Part shown: piece by piece, positions 25,274 to 29,062 of the stretch
Layout of the letters: each line of letters starts with the position of its first letter
Numbering within the stretch: the stretch's first letter is position 1
Virus record (IMG/VR): IMGVR_UViG_3300010964_000009
Location: 1 to 29,062 of that record
Source of the DNA: a virus
Lineage: Duplodnaviria > Caudoviricetes
Length of the DNA stretch: 29,062 nucleotides
Strand: one strand, 5' to 3'
Position numbers and translations under genes: made by a program
The notes under the pieces: model-generated
What the model was told of the DNA's origin: nothing
Databases searched by the model: none
Seen by the model: the letters and a program-made list of their open reading frames with translations, nothing else

Positions 25274-25597
25274 ATGGCAGACGTTATTAAGCAGTTGCTT
25301 CTGGAGAAGTTGATTTCGAATTTGAATGGCCACATCGTCAGCGCGCGGGTGAATATAGGAGGCGTTCAGACGACGTATCCTATTTACAACACAATTGTGT
25401 CTGGTATGTCTGTTCGAAAGTACATTTATATAATGGAGACGCAAGCCATCGGCAAACAACTTTTAGGCGCAGCCTTGCTGGATGCTGAAGGCAACATACT
25501 GGCAGAACAACCCCTTCTCGTAACTAAAAACGATAAGGGGTTTTTGATTACCTTTGAATTTGTTTTGAGATTGGAGGCGAATGCTGGTGGTGTATAA
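25274..25597 (+). CDS. Hypothetical tail/baseplate protein
   Basis: GGAGGG RBS before ATG 25274; LLDAEGNILAE; between wedge and fibre. Confidence 0.7.
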   Translation: MADVIKQLLLEKLISNLNGHIVSARVNIGGVQTTYPIYNTIVSGMSVRKYIYIMETQAIGKQLLGAALLDAEGNILAEQPLLVTKNDKGFLITFEFVLRLEANAGGV

Positions 25598-28250
25598 CAA
25601 ACAGCAGTGGAAGGACGAGATTCCCGACTTGACCAAGCCGATAAAGGATTCCTCGGGAAAGCAAAAGACTGACCCGCAAACCGGGCGGCCTTTGTACGAA
25701 ATGGTCCAAGAAGGTACACGTCTTACATCTCAGCGTTTGAATCACATAGAAGATGGTATTGAGACCGTCCATGAACTGGCAGATCAAAACGCTGCGGATA
25801 TTGATACACATAAAAAAGATACGGTTAAGCACATAACGGCTGCTGAAAGAGCGGAATGGAAAGCCAAGGAGACACCTGCAGGTGCTCAGACTAAAGCAGA
25901 TGCTGCTCTATCAGCTGCCAAAACCTATGCAGATACCGCGCTACTTGCAAAGGCAGATAAGTCATCTACTTACAGCAAAACGGAGACTGACCAGCGTATT
26001 CAAGCTGTGGTCGGGGCCGCGCCGGATGCTCTGGATACACTAAAGGAAATCGGAGATGCACTGAATAATGATCCAAACTTTGCGGCCACAGTCACCAATC
26101 AGCTCTCGGGAAAAGTGGACAAGGTATCAGGCAAACAACTTTCAACAGAGGATTATTCTTCTGCAGAGAAGGCGAAGTTGGCCGGGCTCATTCCTGGAGC
26201 TGGTGCTGCGGGATCGGCTACAGATACAACGATAGGTAATCGTACTGCGGATCCTAATACTACAACAGCATATGGTTTAGTAGGTTCGATCACTCAGTGG
26301 TTCTCTTGGATTACCAAGTACTTCAAAGCCATCACAGGTAAAGCTAATCCATTCGACGCACCTGACATTACGTTAGCAGCAACCAAGGTTCACGTAGATA
26401 ACACCGTAGTACATCTCACCGCAGCAGAGCGTACTGCGTGGAATGCTGCTGAAACAAACGCAAAGAATGCGTCTATTCCTAAATCAGACAAAGGAGCTGC
26501 CAACGGTGTTGCTGGACTAGATGCAAATGTTAAAGTTCCTGATACTCAGATTCCTTCTAACATCGCACGTAAGGCTGTAGAGATTCCTGCTAGTGCAGAC
26601 CTGAACACGTACACTTCCGAAGGGGAGTATTACCAAGGAACATCATCTATAGCGGCTACTATTGCGAATAAACCCGCATCGGCTGCATTCTACCTACGGG
26701 TGTCGCGGCACAACGGCGTAAACCAGTGGTTCATTACTTTTGGAATTCCCGGCACAGGGGAGATGTTTATCTATACACGGAACGTGTATCAGGGTGCTTG
26801 GGGAGCATGGGAAGAAATTGAGACTACCAGTAAGAAGAACAAAGCTAGCGGTTACGGGGGCCTGGACACTAATGCCAAGCTACCGAGAGTTAACACGTAC
26901 AGTTCTCTAGGTGCAACAGGCGGAATTTCTAATTTAGATTCAGCCTTTACAGCGGGCACTTATAGCGTATCAACAGGGATTCCAGGAAGCCCATCACCTA
27001 CCGAATATGGACAGGTGCTAATCCACTTGAGTTCTGGTGAAACGCACGACTCAAGTACTAACTGGATATGGCAGATGTTCTATGGAACCTTGGGTAACAC
27101 GTATGTGCGTCGTAAAGTGAACAATGGTGCTTGGTCGGCTTGGGTTCCAATGTGGACAGGGTATAATGATGCTCCGTTGTTCATGACTAGAACACCGATA
27201 GCAAACAACACCGACTTCAATACGCTTACAAACAATGGCATTTATGCCATGAGCGCTGCGACAGGTTTATTGAATGCACCGCCTACTATATTGCATGGAA
27301 TAGTCAGTGTATCAAGAACTGATGGGAGCAGTCCTTTTATAAAGCAAGAAGCAGTTGATGTCACAACAGGGGCAGCACAGACCAGAATCAGAACAGGGTC
27401 TAATACTTGGACACCCTGGGCAACTAGTATCAGTAGTACTGGGGGAACTATGGTTGCTGCTCATGTTAGGAACTATGATGGTTCTTTCTATAGCTACCGT
27501 AACTTAGTGGGGTATAATGCTACTGGTACTGCTACAGGGACTATTAAAATCACACTACCTAAAACATGGAGCAATACCATGATGAGTATCAAAATAAAAG
27601 GGTATGATTATACCCTAGGCAAAGGTGCTTGGGAATTGATTCTAGGTGGCTACAACTACTCTACTACTCCTGCTTGGGCTAACGTCAGTGCTATGTTAAA
27701 TGGTAGAGTTCCATTTGATCGAGTTCGTTTAGCTCATGATGGTACGAACAACTGCATTCTGTTAGGAAGCCTCACTACTATATGGGGTATTACACACATA
27801 GAGGTATCTGAATTCACAGCCGCTTTTGGTGCTATAACAGGCTGGGAGAAAGGCTGGCAGATGGGTTTGATTACCTCTGAAACAGGTATCTTCAATGCGG
27901 TAACACCAGCATTGACTCCGCAATATGGAAAAGCTAGTTCGACAAATTACTTCGTTACGACTACTTCTGAGTTTGCCTTTCTGGCACGTACGCTTGCGGA
28001 GAGTGGTAACTTCGAGGCGAGAGTGTACTTACGTCTGACTGCTGCCTCTAGTGTAAAGGTAACAGCTACTTACAAAGATCATGCCTCTGCAGTACAGAGC
28101 ACGGTAATCGTAGACGATGTATTTCCTATAGGAAGCTACTCTCTACCCGTTGCTTTCTTCGCTGCTACTTCAGATAGCCCAATAAGCCTTTTGATTAAGT
28201 GTAGTGCAGCAAACGCAGTCTATGCGTCAGGCTCGATTATTGACTGCTAA
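25581..28250 (+). CDS. Tail fibre protein with repeated knob-like modules
   Basis: APDALDTLKEIGDALNNDPNFA fibre motif; three DLN..T..G.Y...W..W modules; start may be GTG 25587 or 25590. Confidence 0.88.
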   Translation: MLVVYNKQQWKDEIPDLTKPIKDSSGKQKTDPQTGRPLYEMVQEGTRLTSQRLNHIEDGIETVHELADQNAADIDTHKKDTVKHITAAERAEWKAKETPAGAQTKADAALSAAKTYADTALLAKADKSSTYSKTETDQRIQAVVGAAPDALDTLKEIGDALNNDPNFAATVTNQLSGKVDKVSGKQLSTEDYSSAEKAKLAGLIPGAGAAGSATDTTIGNRTADPNTTTAYGLVGSITQWFSWITKYFKAITGKANPFDAPDITLAATKVHVDNTVVHLTAAERTAWNAAETNAKNASIPKSDKGAANGVAGLDANVKVPDTQIPSNIARKAVEIPASADLNTYTSEGEYYQGTSSIAATIANKPASAAFYLRVSRHNGVNQWFITFGIPGTGEMFIYTRNVYQGAWGAWEEIETTSKKNKASGYGGLDTNAKLPRVNTYSSLGATGGISNLDSAFTAGTYSVSTGIPGSPSPTEYGQVLIHLSSGETHDSSTNWIWQMFYGTLGNTYVRRKVNNGAWSAWVPMWTGYNDAPLFMTRTPIANNTDFNTLTNNGIYAMSAATGLLNAPPTILHGIVSVSRTDGSSPFIKQEAVDVTTGAAQTRIRTGSNTWTPWATSISSTGGTMVAAHVRNYDGSFYSYRNLVGYNATGTATGTIKITLPKTWSNTMMSIKIKGYDYTLGKGAWELILGGYNYSTTPAWANVSAMLNGRVPFDRVRLAHDGTNNCILLGSLTTIWGITHIEVSEFTAAFGAITGWEKGWQMGLITSETGIFNAVTPALTPQYGKASSTNYFVTTTSEFAFLARTLAESGNFEARVYLRLTAASSVKVTATYKDHASAVQSTVIVDDVFPIGSYSLPVAFFAATSDSPISLLIKCSAANAVYASGSIIDC

Positions 28251-28270
28251 TAACAGATGGAGGTGTTACA

Positions 28271-29062
28271 ATGGCTATTATATATACGCCCGGGAATGCC
28301 AAGGCATCACAAGTACTTGAAGGAGTCGGTTTCAGCGCTGGAGCGATTTACAATGGCGTAGGAACGATGGTGAGTAAGGCTGGCCAGTATCTACCTGCAA
28401 CGTTAGATGAATCATCATTTGGAGAAATTGCGGTAGTAGTTAATTCATCTGATGCAGGCTACCACAACGGAAGCACAAGATATGTCGTAGAAGAACCTAA
28501 CCTCCAGCCATATAACATACCGCAAGGAATGATTATGTTTGGAATTCAGGGATCTATGGTTGTAAGCTCTCCGTCTACATTTAAAGAGCTGTCAGCGTTT
28601 AAGCTGTCAATAAGTCCCGTAGCAGTTCCAGCAGATTTAGCCTACGATATCGTAGACTTCTCTACTGACATTCGACAGCTCATAATACACCTACATCCCA
28701 ATACAGCGGCGCAAAATAGAATTATACGATTAGACCCTTCGTCTACCTTGACTTATACCGCAAGCATTGGTTTGTACAATGTCCGAACAGGGTTTTACGC
28801 GTCCCTTGGCTCAGCATGGCAAAATGATTCAGCCAACGCGACACAAGCGTTACCCAATGTGTACTCAGTCACAAGGGACACTGGAAGAGGCTCTCTTGTG
28901 AGTCGTCAATCCTCCATAACTAGTAATATATCCACCGCTAATTTTCTAGTAAATGATCCCATAAAATTGCAATACCGTGTGGTTCCACGCGCTGGATATA
29001 CTCCGACATCAGATATGACGAATGATCTGCTTTTGAATGGTCTCATTACTCTTGTGAGGTAG
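28271..29062 (+). CDS. Tail-fibre-associated hypothetical protein
   Basis: GGAGGTG RBS; GNAKASQVLEG..FS and NLQPYNIPQG..MFGIQG motifs seen in Bacillota phage tail proteins. Confidence 0.65.
   Translation: MAIIYTPGNAKASQVLEGVGFSAGAIYNGVGTMVSKAGQYLPATLDESSFGEIAVVVNSSDAGYHNGSTRYVVEEPNLQPYNIPQGMIMFGIQGSMVVSSPSTFKELSAFKLSISPVAVPADLAYDIVDFSTDIRQLIIHLHPNTAAQNRIIRLDPSSTLTYTASIGLYNVRTGFYASLGSAWQNDSANATQALPNVYSVTRDTGRGSLVSRQSSITSNISTANFLVNDPIKLQYRVVPRAGYTPTSDMTNDLLLNGLITLVR

Larger units (their letters stand above)
1557..29062 (+). mobile_element. Prophage morphogenesis region, contractile-tailed, PBSX/skin-like gene order
   Basis: Uninterrupted order terS-terL-portal-head-neck-sheath-tube-TMP-baseplate-fibre; ends lie outside the window. 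Confidence 0.95.

Noticed and set aside
14520-28250. Tailocin or contractile injection system rather than prophage
   Set aside because: Terminase, portal, protease and capsid genes are all present and open.
25581-29062. Diversity-generating retroelement or invertible tail-fibre cassette
   Set aside because: No reverse transcriptase or invertase, and no adenine-variant TR/VR pair or inverted crossover sites seen in the window.
1-29062. tRNA, rRNA, lysis, integrase or repressor genes
   Set aside because: None recognisable; these modules presumably lie outside the window.

Overview
Most of the window is the late (morphogenesis) region of a Bacillota myovirus-type prophage with PBSX/skin-like (xkd) gene order. 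A Paenibacillus-like host is inferred from gene content only. At the left edge is the right part of an IS3-family (IS150-type) insertion sequence. It is followed by terS, terL, portal, minor head, XkdF-like protease/scaffold, major capsid, neck genes, sheath, tube, a frameshifted tail chaperone, tape measure, baseplate and tail fibre. Four AT-rich accessory inserts interrupt the operon. The two largest (about 7060-8820 and 13100-14230) are arrays of co-oriented small genes (NUDIX, GNAT, a DUF2441-like gene, membrane proteins). Nine copies of one conserved dyad motif (TTRASCTAAC-GGG(AAAC/ACAC/CAG)-GATAR) delimit these genes. Between genes, the copies form a composite of site A + hairpin + site B that parallels the layout of integron attC sites. 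This is the best candidate for an undescribed system: an integron-like gene-cassette system in Bacillota, caught inside a prophage. No recombinase is in the window, so mobility is inferred. Other points: a structured leader that hides an RBS, 24-bp periodic repeats in terS, a nested scaffold start, a probable ATA start for the tape measure gene, and two 1-nt frameshifts. All product calls come from recognised motifs and synteny, not database searches.
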